DNA of 64,000 bases from Chroococcus sp. CMT-3BRIN-NPC107 (GTDB lineage Bacteria > Cyanobacteriota > Cyanobacteriia > Cyanobacteriales > Chroococcidiopsidaceae), in assembly GCA_019359635.1 (NCBI GenBank), contig JAHHGY010000008.1, positions 6,768 through 70,767 on the forward strand, written 5' to 3'. Of this stretch, positions 51,608 through 60,876 are shown in pieces; position 1 is the first letter of the stretch, and every line of letters starts with the position of its first letter. Under the pieces are notes generated by a model that saw only the letters and a list, made by a program, of their open reading frames with translations, searched no databases and was not told the origin of the DNA. The position numbers and the translations under genes are program-made.

Positions 51608-52948
51608 GTGAGTAAAAAAATTAACCTGGTAGATAGGCTAACTCTAGCGCTTGCAGTATCTATAGCCAAAACCGTCACCTTTGGGGTGCGACTACTACGT
51701 TTAGGTGCAGCAAGTGTATTGCCAGGAGAAATCTCGCGGCGGATTCAACCCAACCTCTTACAGCTACTAAGTTGTCAGGTAAAACAGGGAGTAATTTTAG
51801 TTGCGGGGACAAATGGCAAAACTACCACATCTTTGCTGCTAAAAACCATGTTAGAACGCCAAGGCTGGAAAGTTACCCACAATACGGCGGGTGCAAATCT
51901 AGAAAATGGCTTAATGACAGCACTGCTAGAAGATACTAATCTAATCGGTACTCTAAACGCAGACTTCGCAATTTTAGAAGTAGACGAAAATATATTGCGC
52001 CGAGTATTGCAGCCAATTCAACCGCGGCTCATTATGTGCTTAAATCTCTTTCGAGATCAACTAGATAGGTACGGAGAGGTCGATACAATTAGCACTAGAT
52101 GGAGAGAGGCGATCGCCCTATTACCAACCCAAACCGTAGTAGTTGCCAATGCAGACGATCCTACCCTTGCTTCTATGGGGCAACAATTGCCGCAGAAAGT
52201 GCGGTATTTTGGTTTAAATGAGTCAAAACTGTATTTAGATAAAATTCCCCACGCTGTAGACTCTATCTACTGCCCTAAATGCGGTCATTTGCTTAACTAT
52301 GCTGGAGTTTATTTGTCGCACTTAGGCGATTATCAATGTCCTAGTTGCGACTTTACCAAACCCAAATTAGATATTGACAGCAGTCAATGGCAACAAATAT
52401 TAATAGGCGTATATAACAAATACAACACCGTCGCCGCCATTCTCGCCGCCCAAGAATTAGGGGTAGATGAGGCAATTATCACGGGTAGTATAAATAACTT
52501 TCAAGCTGCTTTTGGACGCGCTGAGGTTTTAGAAGTTGGAGGTAAGCGCGTTTTAATATTGTTATCCAAAAACCCTGTAGGCATGAATGAAACTATTCGC
52601 GCGGTAATCCACGCTGGGGGAAACACTAAATTATTAGTTTTAAACGATCGCACGCCCGATGGCACCGATGTATCTTGGATTTGGGATGTAGACACCGAAA
52701 CCTTGGTAGGAAAAGGCGGTACTTTGGTAATTAGTGGCGATCGCGTCTACGATCTGGCGCTGCGTTTGCGTTATAGTCAGCCCGAATTAAATAGCGATAA
52801 TATGCAGTTAATTATTGAAGAAGATTTAAAAAAGGCGATCGCCGTTGCTTTAGAGCATACCCCCGCCGATGAAACTCTGCATATATTACCTACTTATTCC
52901 GCCATGCTAGAAGTGCGAGAAGTGTTGACAGGAAGAAAAATTCTTTAA
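51608..52948 (+). CDS. murT: MurT-like Mur ligase (C-terminal DUF1727)
   Basis: GTNGKTTT, EVDE, NLFRDQLDRYGE, CPKC/CPSC zinc finger, KNPVG, DGTDVSWIWD, PTYSAML. Confidence 0.85.
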   Translation: MSKKINLVDRLTLALAVSIAKTVTFGVRLLRLGAASVLPGEISRRIQPNLLQLLSCQVKQGVILVAGTNGKTTTSLLLKTMLERQGWKVTHNTAGANLENGLMTALLEDTNLIGTLNADFAILEVDENILRRVLQPIQPRLIMCLNLFRDQLDRYGEVDTISTRWREAIALLPTQTVVVANADDPTLASMGQQLPQKVRYFGLNESKLYLDKIPHAVDSIYCPKCGHLLNYAGVYLSHLGDYQCPSCDFTKPKLDIDSSQWQQILIGVYNKYNTVAAILAAQELGVDEAIITGSINNFQAAFGRAEVLEVGGKRVLILLSKNPVGMNETIRAVIHAGGNTKLLVLNDRTPDGTDVSWIWDVDTETLVGKGGTLVISGDRVYDLALRLRYSQPELNSDNMQLIIEEDLKKAIAVALEHTPADETLHILPTYSAMLEVREVLTGRKIL

Positions 52949-52953
52949 CACAG

Positions 52954-52983
52954 TGAGAGTTGTAATATCAAGTGCAACTCTCA
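52954..52983. terminator. Hairpin between convergent genes
   Basis: tgagagttg...caactctca. Confidence 0.55.
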
Positions 52984-52998
52984 GCAATTCCTCTCTTC

Positions 52999-53901
52999 TT
53001 ATTCTGCTACAGGAGTTTTGGCTTTATTGGCGCGTTCTTCAGCAGTTGCCATTACTTCAGCCATTTTTTCAACCATTTCGCCGGGATAACTCTCTAATAC
53101 TCTGGTAGATAAAGAAATTCGCCCTTTAACTTCATCTAAATCGATAATTACGGCTTTAATTATTTGTCCTGGTTGAAATAGAGTTGACAGCGATTCAATA
53201 AATTTTTGGCTAATTTGCTTAATATGCAATAAACCGCTTACACCTTGCAAGTCAACAAACATTCCAAAAGGTTTGATTCCAGTAATTTTTCCTTCTACCA
53301 ATTGACCGACTTCTAACTGACTGAAACTAGCCGAACGAGTTGCTAAACGATTGGAAAGGACGAGTTTGTTGTTAGTAAGATCGACTTCTAAAAAACTAGC
53401 GCTCAAAGTTTGACCTTTTAAGCTGTCTAAATTATCCCGTTCTAAAAGATGCGATCGCGGTATAAACCCTCTTACTCCCTGCACGTCTACCGTCACGCCG
53501 CCTTTGTTGACACCCGTTACCCGCACTTGCAAAGTTTGGCTGCTTTCTTGCATCTCGGTGAGGCGTTGCCAAATTTGCTGAACTTCTAACTGGCGGCGAG
53601 AAACAGTAACTTGACCGTCTGCGTCTTGCTCTTTAATAATTACAAACTCTAATTCTTCCTGCAATGGCAACGCTTCTTTTAAATCTGTCACCGGACGCAT
53701 AGATACTTCTTCAGTGGGAATAAAAGCCGCCGACTTGCCCCCAATATCTACGTATGCGCCATTATTTTCGTATTGAAACACTTTGCCCAAAACTTTTTGT
53801 CCTTGCTGAAATTGAAAGTCTTGTTGTTCCAAGGCTTTAGCAAAATCATCCATTGAAAAGGCTGATTCGGTGGCGGTCGTAGATTTTGATTTAGAATTCA
53901 T
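52999..53901 (-). CDS. S1 RNA-binding protein (ribosomal protein S1 paralogue)
   Basis: Three S1 domains: AYVDIGGKSAAFIP, GVRGFIPRSH, GVSGLLHIKQIS. Confidence 0.88.
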   Translation of the reverse strand: MNSKSKSTTATESAFSMDDFAKALEQQDFQFQQGQKVLGKVFQYENNGAYVDIGGKSAAFIPTEEVSMRPVTDLKEALPLQEELEFVIIKEQDADGQVTVSRRQLEVQQIWQRLTEMQESSQTLQVRVTGVNKGGVTVDVQGVRGFIPRSHLLERDNLDSLKGQTLSASFLEVDLTNNKLVLSNRLATRSASFSQLEVGQLVEGKITGIKPFGMFVDLQGVSGLLHIKQISQKFIESLSTLFQPGQIIKAVIIDLDEVKGRISLSTRVLESYPGEMVEKMAEVMATAEERANKAKTPVAE

Positions 53902-53972
53902 AACATTAGCTAGTGGGGCAGTAAAAGCAGAAAATTATATTTATCTGCCAATTTTATATTTAAGCGCAAAAA

Positions 53973-54716
53973 TCAGTTAGGCAAATGTTGTTGAAACAAC
54001 TCTTTGACCTGCTGCCAAGCATCCGATGCAGCTAATTCATTATAACTAGCCCGCGCGTCGCAAAAAAAACCATGTTCCGCGCCGTCGTAACGAAATATAC
54101 GATGAGGTGTCCTAGCTTTTTCTAATTCTGTTTTCATAGCTTCTACCTGTTCTACCGGAATACTCCCATCTTCCATCCCAAACAAAGCGTATAAAGTGCC
54201 TTTAATTTCCGGTGTCCGAGTTAGAGTAGGTGCGCCGCCTCCAGGGGTTTGCGTGGCAATACCCGCACCATAAAAAGATGCGGTCGCTTTGATATCGTCT
54301 AAAATAGCCGCCAGATACGCAACATGACCGCCAAAACAAAAACCAATGCAACCAAAAGCATCTTTTTTAACTTGGGGGCAATCTTTGAGATAATTGATTG
54401 TTGCTTGAATATCGAACTAAAGCTCCGAAGCTTTGGTTTGCTCTTTGTAGCTTCTGCCTGTAAGAATATTTTGGGGCGTATAGCCTGTTTCAAAATCGGG
54501 AGCGATGCGCTGAAAAATAGCGGGAGAAATCGCCGCATAACCAAGTCGAGCAATTCTTTCGGTTACATTTCTAATATGAGCGTTGACACCAAAAATTTCT
54601 TGGATGACTACAATCCCAGGGTAAGATCCTCCGCCGATAGGACAAGCCATATAAGCGTCAATCAGCAAATTGCTATTTGGAATACGAACAAAAGACGTAA
54701 AAATATCTTGGTTCAT
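53973..54716 (-). pseudogene. Dienelactone hydrolase interrupted by one in-frame TAG
   Basis: QEIFGVN...ASEL*FDIQAT...GFCFGG...FYG...AEHGFFCD all in one frame; TAG at 54419-54417. Confidence 0.85.
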
Positions 54717-54860
54717 AACAATTTCCTCAATTGTGTAAGTTAAAAACAAGCTACCAAAATACGCGTCAGAAGTTAGAACAATAGAGAGAAGATGAGAGAT
54801 TTAGTTATTTTTGCCTGATTTTAGTCACCCTTTTGCGTTATCCTCTACTCTCGTCCCAAC

Positions 54861-55835
54861 ATGATTCAATTCCACATTCAGCCCGATAGCGAAATTCCTT
54901 CCTCAACTCAATTGTTGAATCAAATTCGTTATGCGATCGCTTCCCGGCAATTTTCCCCTGGTCATCGCTTACCTAGCACTAGAGCTTTAGCAACGCAAAC
55001 GGGCTTACACCGCAATACTATCAGCAAGGTTTATCGCCATCTTGAAGAAGATGGATTAGTAGAAAGCGTTGCAGGTTCGGGTATTTACGTCCGCGCTCAA
55101 CCCATTCGGCGCAATCCGGCTTTAATTCCCTTACTTGAACAATATCCCCAAGCAGATAAAATTGTGCAACTCTGTTTAGATCAACTTTTGCAGCAAGGTT
55201 GTTCTTTAAACCAAGCGCGAGAACTATTTTCCGCCGAAATTGACTGGCGATTGCGATCGATCGCTCAAGTTATAGTTACAGTACCAGAAGATGATATTGG
55301 TGCAGGAAAATTAATTGTTGAGGAGTTAGAACAATCTTTAAAAATCCCCGTACAGCTAATATCTTTAGAAGAATTAAAAGAATTAGCCCAAATCACCGGG
55401 ACGGTAGTCACTACTAGATATTTTATCGGTCAAGCGGAAGCGATCGCGGCGGTTAAATCTGTTCGTGCTATTCCTGTTGATATTTACGACTACGAACAAG
55501 AAATTAAACTGCTCAAAAAACTTGCCAAAGATAGTTGTGTCGGCGTTGTTAGCCTTAGTTCGGGGTTGTTGAGGTCAGCAGAAGTAATTATTCATAGTTT
55601 GCGAGGCAGCGAATTACTGGTACTTACAGCCCAAGTAGGAGATGCTTACAAACTCAATGCGATTGTCAAAAGCGCTCAAGTAATTATTTGCGATCGCCCA
55701 AGTCTTACTACACTCAAAACCGCAGTGCAAGCCGTGAGGGAAGATATTATTCGTCCCCCTCAGCTAATTTGTTGCGAAAACTTTGTCGGCACAAAATCTG
55801 TTGATTTGCTCAAACGAGAACTTGGTTTAGGATAG
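54861..55835 (+). CDS. plmA: GntR-family regulator, PlmA type
   Basis: MIQFHIQPDSEIP, LPSTRALA, LHRNTISKVY, GSGIYV, DIIRPPQ. Confidence 0.82.
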   Translation: MIQFHIQPDSEIPSSTQLLNQIRYAIASRQFSPGHRLPSTRALATQTGLHRNTISKVYRHLEEDGLVESVAGSGIYVRAQPIRRNPALIPLLEQYPQADKIVQLCLDQLLQQGCSLNQARELFSAEIDWRLRSIAQVIVTVPEDDIGAGKLIVEELEQSLKIPVQLISLEELKELAQITGTVVTTRYFIGQAEAIAAVKSVRAIPVDIYDYEQEIKLLKKLAKDSCVGVVSLSSGLLRSAEVIIHSLRGSELLVLTAQVGDAYKLNAIVKSAQVIICDRPSLTTLKTAVQAVREDIIRPPQLICCENFVGTKSVDLLKRELGLG

Positions 55836-56492
55836 CTTTTTTAAATAAATGCAGTGGCGGATGCTTTGAGTTGTTGGTGTTGTAAAGCTATCTACCGAGT
55901 CAATAATTCCATTTAAGGGCGCGATCGCCCTAAGTAAAGCTTCTTGTTCTGCTTCCGCCCAATTTCCCCGATAAAGTACCGCCATTCCTCCCGGTTTAAC
56001 TAAAGGTAATGCGTATTCCGCACAAATAACCGCCGAACCAACCGCGCGAATGGTAGCCAAGTCGTAAGCGTTGCAGTATTGAGGAATTTTACCCAAAGCT
56101 TCGGCTCGTGATGTTACGGTTAAAGCGTTTGAGATATTTAATTTTTCCAGCACCGAATCAAGAAAAGTAATTTTTTTGCGGGTTGAATCTACTAAAGTAA
56201 CGGTACTTTCTGGTAAGGCGATCGCTATAGGCAATCCGGGAAACCCTGCACCCGTACCAATATCAATTATTTGGGGCCCCTCCAGCGTCAGCAACGGCAA
56301 AATTCCCCGCAAAGAATCCCATAAATGTTTTTCCCAAAACTCCCCAGGCTCAGTAATGCGAGTTAAATTAAATTGACTATTGCCTTGAAGTACCAAGTCG
56401 TAAAGCTGTTGAAACTGCGACTGTTGTAGAGCGTTGGGTTGCCAATGGAGGGTTTTGCGCCACAAATCAGTTTCTAGTAATAAATTAGACAT
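55827..56492 (-). CDS. rsmG: 16S rRNA m7G527 methyltransferase
   Basis: FNLTRIT, KHLWDSL, DIGTGAGFPGLP, RAE, RAV. Confidence 0.95.
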   Translation of the reverse strand: MSNLLLETDLWRKTLHWQPNALQQSQFQQLYDLVLQGNSQFNLTRITEPGEFWEKHLWDSLRGILPLLTLEGPQIIDIGTGAGFPGLPIAIALPESTVTLVDSTRKKITFLDSVLEKLNISNALTVTSRAEALGKIPQYCNAYDLATIRAVGSAVICAEYALPLVKPGGMAVLYRGNWAEAEQEALLRAIAPLNGIIDSVDSFTTPTTQSIRHCIYLKKLS

Positions 56493-57138
56493 TTTGATTT
56501 ACAGCAACGGGTGACAGGGTACTCAATTCACCGTAATTTAAGTTCCAAGTGCGATCGCTTATTGCTAATAAATCTCCCGCATCGTGAGTTACTACTAACA
56601 GCGTCCAATCTTGTTTTAATTTTGCCAGCAAACTCACCAATTGCCGACGCATTGACCAATCTAAGCCTGCGGTTGGCTCATCTAACAGCAACAAAGGTGG
56701 CTGACGAATTAATTGTACCGCCAACGCCAAACGGCGCTGCTGACCGCCGCTCAGAGCTTGGGGTGAAGTATGAATTGATAATTGCTCTAACCCAACTTCT
56801 TGTAAAGCCTGCTTGACTCGGTTTGAGCCTAATTCTGGATGACCTAAACGCAATTCTTCTAAAATTGTGCCGCCGCAAAAATGGCGTTCGGGAAACTGAA
56901 ATACTAAACCAGCTAACTGTTGCAATTGCTCGGATATTAGTTCTTGTTCGCGCCAAGAAATATTACCCGAAGTTGTTTCCACAAGCCCCGCTAAAATTTC
57001 TAGTAGGGTACTTTTACCCGAACCACTTGCCCCCACAATTAGCCCCAACTGTTTTGGTGCAAGTTCTAAGTTAATCTCTTTTAAAATAGCTATAGGGCTA
57101 GCAGGCGGGTGATAGGTGAGATTTTTGAGATAAAGCAT
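56485..57138 (-). CDS. ABC transporter ATP-binding protein (ECF/CbiO-like)
   Basis: GASGSGKST, VFQFPE, LSGGQQRR, LLDEPTAGLD. Confidence 0.9.
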   Translation of the reverse strand: MLYLKNLTYHPPASPIAILKEINLELAPKQLGLIVGASGSGKSTLLEILAGLVETTSGNISWREQELISEQLQQLAGLVFQFPERHFCGGTILEELRLGHPELGSNRVKQALQEVGLEQLSIHTSPQALSGGQQRRLALAVQLIRQPPLLLLDEPTAGLDWSMRRQLVSLLAKLKQDWTLLVVTHDAGDLLAISDRTWNLNYGELSTLSPVAVNQNV

Positions 57139-57249
57139 TCAAGTAAAAAATTGGCTATAAATCAATTGTGGCTAACAAATGCTATTTCCGAGCAACAAGA
57201 GCGCAAATTTATCGTCACTACGAACACAATTTAGGTTTAATTTTTAAAT

Positions 57250-58206
57250 ATGAGCAATTATCGATTTTGGGGCGCGATTGCGCCAAGCACAGGGTTAAAA
57301 GTGATTGCGCCAGGCGCAGCGCTAAAAGCGATCGCCCTCAGCACTACTTTACTAATACTTACATCAATTAGCCCAACTTTAGCCGCCGATCCTTTTCGGA
57401 CAACAAACCCACGCCCTATAGGCGATCGCACCGAAGCAGCTTTTAAAGCTATATTTCAAGACGGTAACTACAAAGCTGCCCAAGGTTATCTCAAACAAGC
57501 TCAAACAAGCGAACCACAGGAGCCTTTAGCCTATGCTATGCAAGCATCCTTGGCTTACGGTTTAGACAAAGACTTGGCAGCCTTCAATTTATACGGCAAC
57601 AAAACTTTAGAAACCGCCAAACAATTAATAAGTACCGATGCCTTGCGGGGAAACTTGTATGCGGCGGTAGGTTATTTTTTACAAGGTGCGTCAGTTTTGG
57701 CGCGGGATGGTACAGTTAGAGGCACTCCCGAAGCATTATCTAAATTGCGCCTAGTATACGAACACTTAGACAAAGCTCAATCAGTTTCAGCAAACGATCC
57801 AGAAATCAACTTAATGCGCGGTTATATGGATTTACTGTTAGCGGTCAACTTGCCCTTTTCCAACCCCGAACAAGCGATCGCCCGACTAGAAAAATTTGCC
57901 GCCCCTCAATATTTAGCCGCTCGTGGTTTAGCTATTGGCTACCGCGATTTAGAGCAGTATAGCGAAGCATTAGCAGAGGTAAATAGGGCAATAAACCTGA
58001 CACCCAACAACCCAGAATTGTTTTATCTCAAAGCCCAAATTCTTGCCGAATCCAGTAAAAAACTTGGCGATCGCTCTATGCTGCAAGAGTCGATTCAAAA
58101 CTTTGATAAAGCGATTTCTAAAAAAGCCCAACTTCCCACTACTTTAGTCAAGCAAATGGAGCGCGAACGAAGTAAAGCTGCTAGTCGTTTAATAAACCTC
58201 AAGTAA
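57250..58206 (+). CDS. Exported TPR-repeat protein (Sll0314/Alr1548-like)
   Basis: Signal peptide then DPFR; DPEINLMRGYMDLLLAVNLPF; TPR PNNPELFYLKAQIL; start uncertain. Confidence 0.75.
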   Translation: MSNYRFWGAIAPSTGLKVIAPGAALKAIALSTTLLILTSISPTLAADPFRTTNPRPIGDRTEAAFKAIFQDGNYKAAQGYLKQAQTSEPQEPLAYAMQASLAYGLDKDLAAFNLYGNKTLETAKQLISTDALRGNLYAAVGYFLQGASVLARDGTVRGTPEALSKLRLVYEHLDKAQSVSANDPEINLMRGYMDLLLAVNLPFSNPEQAIARLEKFAAPQYLAARGLAIGYRDLEQYSEALAEVNRAINLTPNNPELFYLKAQILAESSKKLGDRSMLQESIQNFDKAISKKAQLPTTLVKQMERERSKAASRLINLK

Positions 58207-58254
58207 AAAAGAGATATGGCTAAAATAACAGTACTTCCAAAAACTTGCATACCC

Positions 58255-58349
58255 AAGGATAAGACCCTGATGGGGAAGACAAAGTAATTCCCCTACTGGC
58301 TCCCCACTGATGGGGTTTGGGGGGCAGACTCCTCAATTCTTGGTTTTTC
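58255..58349 (+). repeat. G-rich dispersed repeat, copy 3, with nested 40-bp insertion
   Basis: aaggataagacc-ctgatgggg-[31 nt]-ctgatgggg-tttggggggcagactcctcaattcttggtttttc. Confidence 0.7.
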
Positions 58350-58412
58350 CTTATGCAAATACAGCTTCAAGAATTTAATCTTTTGGATCGACACACCTAA
58401 CTTTTAGCCAAA

Positions 58413-58874
58413 ATGCAAATACAGTTTCGAGAATTTAATCCTTTTGACCTGTGGATCTGGGTGGAATTTAGTACAGTTCCGTCAGAAATGGAGAAAAAGT
58501 ATTTAGAAGAAGCCTTCAACTCTTGGTTCTACCTAGGAAAACTCGGAGCCTTTAACGCCGAAAACCTCCAAGTTCAAGACGAGGGATTAGACATTAGCTA
58601 CATGAATTATGACGACTTCAGAGCCGATGATAGCTTGATGTCATTAATGCACAACATGGGAGCTTTTGAGTATCAAGGTACTTGGGCGCGTTGTTGGTTC
58701 GATTTGGGGACAAGCGATGCGATCGCTTTAGATATTTTAATTAATTGCCTGATTCAATTAGATAAAGAATACCTACCGATGGAGCAAATATATATTGGCG
58801 GCGAAAATGCCGATTGGACGGTAGAAGATAGCGAAAGCCGCCCCGAAGAATCTATTTACGATTACAACAACTAA
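58413..58874 (+). CDS. DUF3531 family protein
   Basis: FREFNPFDLWIWVEF, SWFYLGKLGAFNAENLQV, WARCWFDLGTSD. Confidence 0.82.
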   Translation: MQIQFREFNPFDLWIWVEFSTVPSEMEKKYLEEAFNSWFYLGKLGAFNAENLQVQDEGLDISYMNYDDFRADDSLMSLMHNMGAFEYQGTWARCWFDLGTSDAIALDILINCLIQLDKEYLPMEQIYIGGENADWTVEDSESRPEESIYDYNN

Positions 58875-58880
58875 TAGTTT

Positions 58881-59309
58881 ATGCGCGTTGAAGGTCAAAT
58901 TCGAGTTTTAGCTTTGGGCTTAATTAAAAAAGGCGAACGAGTTTTTATCTCCCAAGGCTACGATCCAGTCAAACAGCAAACTTTTTATCGCGCAATGGGC
59001 GGTGGAGTTGATTTTGGCGAAACTAGCCTTGAAGCTCTACAAAGAGAGTTTCAAGAAGAAATTCAGGCAGAACTAACAAATATTTCTTACCTAGGGTGCT
59101 TAGAAAATCTATTTACTTTTAATGGCAAACAAGGACACGAAATTCTCCAAATTTATCAATGCGATTTCGCCCTACCTAAGTTTTATGAATTGGAAAGCCT
59201 AGTTTTTGCCGAAGGTAAGCGACAAAAAACCGCCCTGTGGGTAGATATTTCCCGTTTTAAGTCGGGGGAACTATTATTAGTTCCAGAGCCATTTTTAGAG
59301 TTTTTATAA
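58881..59309 (+). CDS. NUDIX hydrolase
   Basis: GGGVDFGETSLEALQREFQEEI Nudix box. Confidence 0.92.
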   Translation: MRVEGQIRVLALGLIKKGERVFISQGYDPVKQQTFYRAMGGGVDFGETSLEALQREFQEEIQAELTNISYLGCLENLFTFNGKQGHEILQIYQCDFALPKFYELESLVFAEGKRQKTALWVDISRFKSGELLLVPEPFLEFL

Positions 59310-59313
59310 AAAT

Positions 59314-59349
59314 AAATGCGATCGCCGAGAAGTTAGAGCGATCGCATTT
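59314..59349. terminator. HIP1-based hairpin between convergent genes
   Basis: aaatgcgatcgc-12 nt-gcgatcgcattt. Confidence 0.6.
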
Positions 59350-59371
59350 CTGGGCAAATATTCAGTTTTTA

Positions 59372-60394
59372 CTAGCGAAACATACTGCTAACTGACGTAT
59401 CTTCATGTACCCGCCAAATAGTTTCTCCTAGCAAATTGGCAACAGAAAGCACTGTTAATTGCTCGAATTGATGCTCAAAGGGAACAGGAATTGTATTTGT
59501 GACAATTACTTCTTCAAATAAGCCACTCGATAGCCGCTCTACTGCCGGAGGAGAAAATACAGCGTGAGTTGCACAAGCATACACCTGACGCGCCCCTTCT
59601 TCTCGCAATAATTTAGCCCCCGCCGCGATCGTTCCCCCCGTATCAATCATGTCGTCTACCAATACGGCAGTTTTACCCGCCACATCGCCAATTACGTTGA
59701 GTACCTCCGCAACATTATGAGCTTGACGACGCTTATCAATAATTGCTAGGGGCGCGTCATTTAACTTTTTAGCAAAAGCTCTTGCTCTTGCTACACCGCC
59801 GACATCGGGAGAAACCACCACAATATCTGACAACTGTTTGCTAGCTAAATAATCAATTATTACTGGCGAACCATAAACATGATCGAAAGGGATATCAAAA
59901 TATCCCTGAATCTGGGCTGAGTGCAGATCCATGGCTATAACTCGGTGCGCGCCTCCTTGAACGATCAAGTTAGCCACCAATTTAGCTGTAATTGATTCTC
60001 GTCCGGCGGTTTTGCGATCTGCCCTAGCATAACCGTAATAAGGAATTACTGCGGTAATTTGTCGCGCCGACGCGCGCCGACAGGCATCAATCATAATCAG
60101 CAATTCCATCAAATGATCGTTTACTGGATTGCAAGTGGGCTGAATCAGATAAACATCACAGCCCCGAATTGATTCTTGAATTTGAATGTAAAGCTCTCCG
60201 TCAGCAAATCGCTTGCGGATCATTGGTCCCAAGTCCATACCCAAATAACGAGCAACTTCTTGAGAAAATGGTACGTTGGCAGAGCCAGAGAACAAACGTA
60301 GGCGGTTATTGTCAGTTATAACCGCGTTTTGAGTTGACGGAAGCGTCAAAGTAGTTGCAGATCGTAGCACAACAGACCCTCTAAGCGGCTTCAT
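59372..60394 (-). CDS. prs: Ribose-phosphate pyrophosphokinase
   Basis: FADGE, PYYGYARADRK, DLHSAQIQGYF, VSPDVGG, VDDMIDTGGT; start may be about 10 codons downstream. Confidence 0.97.
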   Translation of the reverse strand: MKPLRGSVVLRSATTLTLPSTQNAVITDNNRLRLFSGSANVPFSQEVARYLGMDLGPMIRKRFADGELYIQIQESIRGCDVYLIQPTCNPVNDHLMELLIMIDACRRASARQITAVIPYYGYARADRKTAGRESITAKLVANLIVQGGAHRVIAMDLHSAQIQGYFDIPFDHVYGSPVIIDYLASKQLSDIVVVSPDVGGVARARAFAKKLNDAPLAIIDKRRQAHNVAEVLNVIGDVAGKTAVLVDDMIDTGGTIAAGAKLLREEGARQVYACATHAVFSPPAVERLSSGLFEEVIVTNTIPVPFEHQFEQLTVLSVANLLGETIWRVHEDTSVSSMFR

Positions 60395-60876
60395 GGCAAT
60401 CCTATCATCACAAATTTATCTACTTCCTCAGCAATTCTAGGGAGATTTAATTATAAGCTTGGATGAAGTTATTAATTAATATTAGTTTAAGAGTTTGATA
60501 AAAATTGCCAGTATAGGCACGCTTGTGACCTATATTTTAATTTTATTTTTTAGGCAAATATGTAAGCAAAATTACTTAACTATAAAATAGTAGGGGGAGT
60601 AACTAATAGTTAGCAGCAAGCTAAGAAATTTTAAAATGAGTGTAATGGTTCGTTTAGGCTACTTTAGTTGCTTGTTTGTTAGATTTTTGGCATGAATACA
60701 CTTTTTAGCCCTCATCTCCCTCAAAATATTATGTCAGTCATGGGGCTACGGGGAGTCTATTTCTTAAATTTCTCTGTTTATTAGCAGAGGGTTTAGGGCG
60801 AAAACCCTTCAAAGCAAGGATATCTTGGCTAACACAAACGCTCGCTAAGTTTTAAAATTACTCAAAGTTCGTCGCA

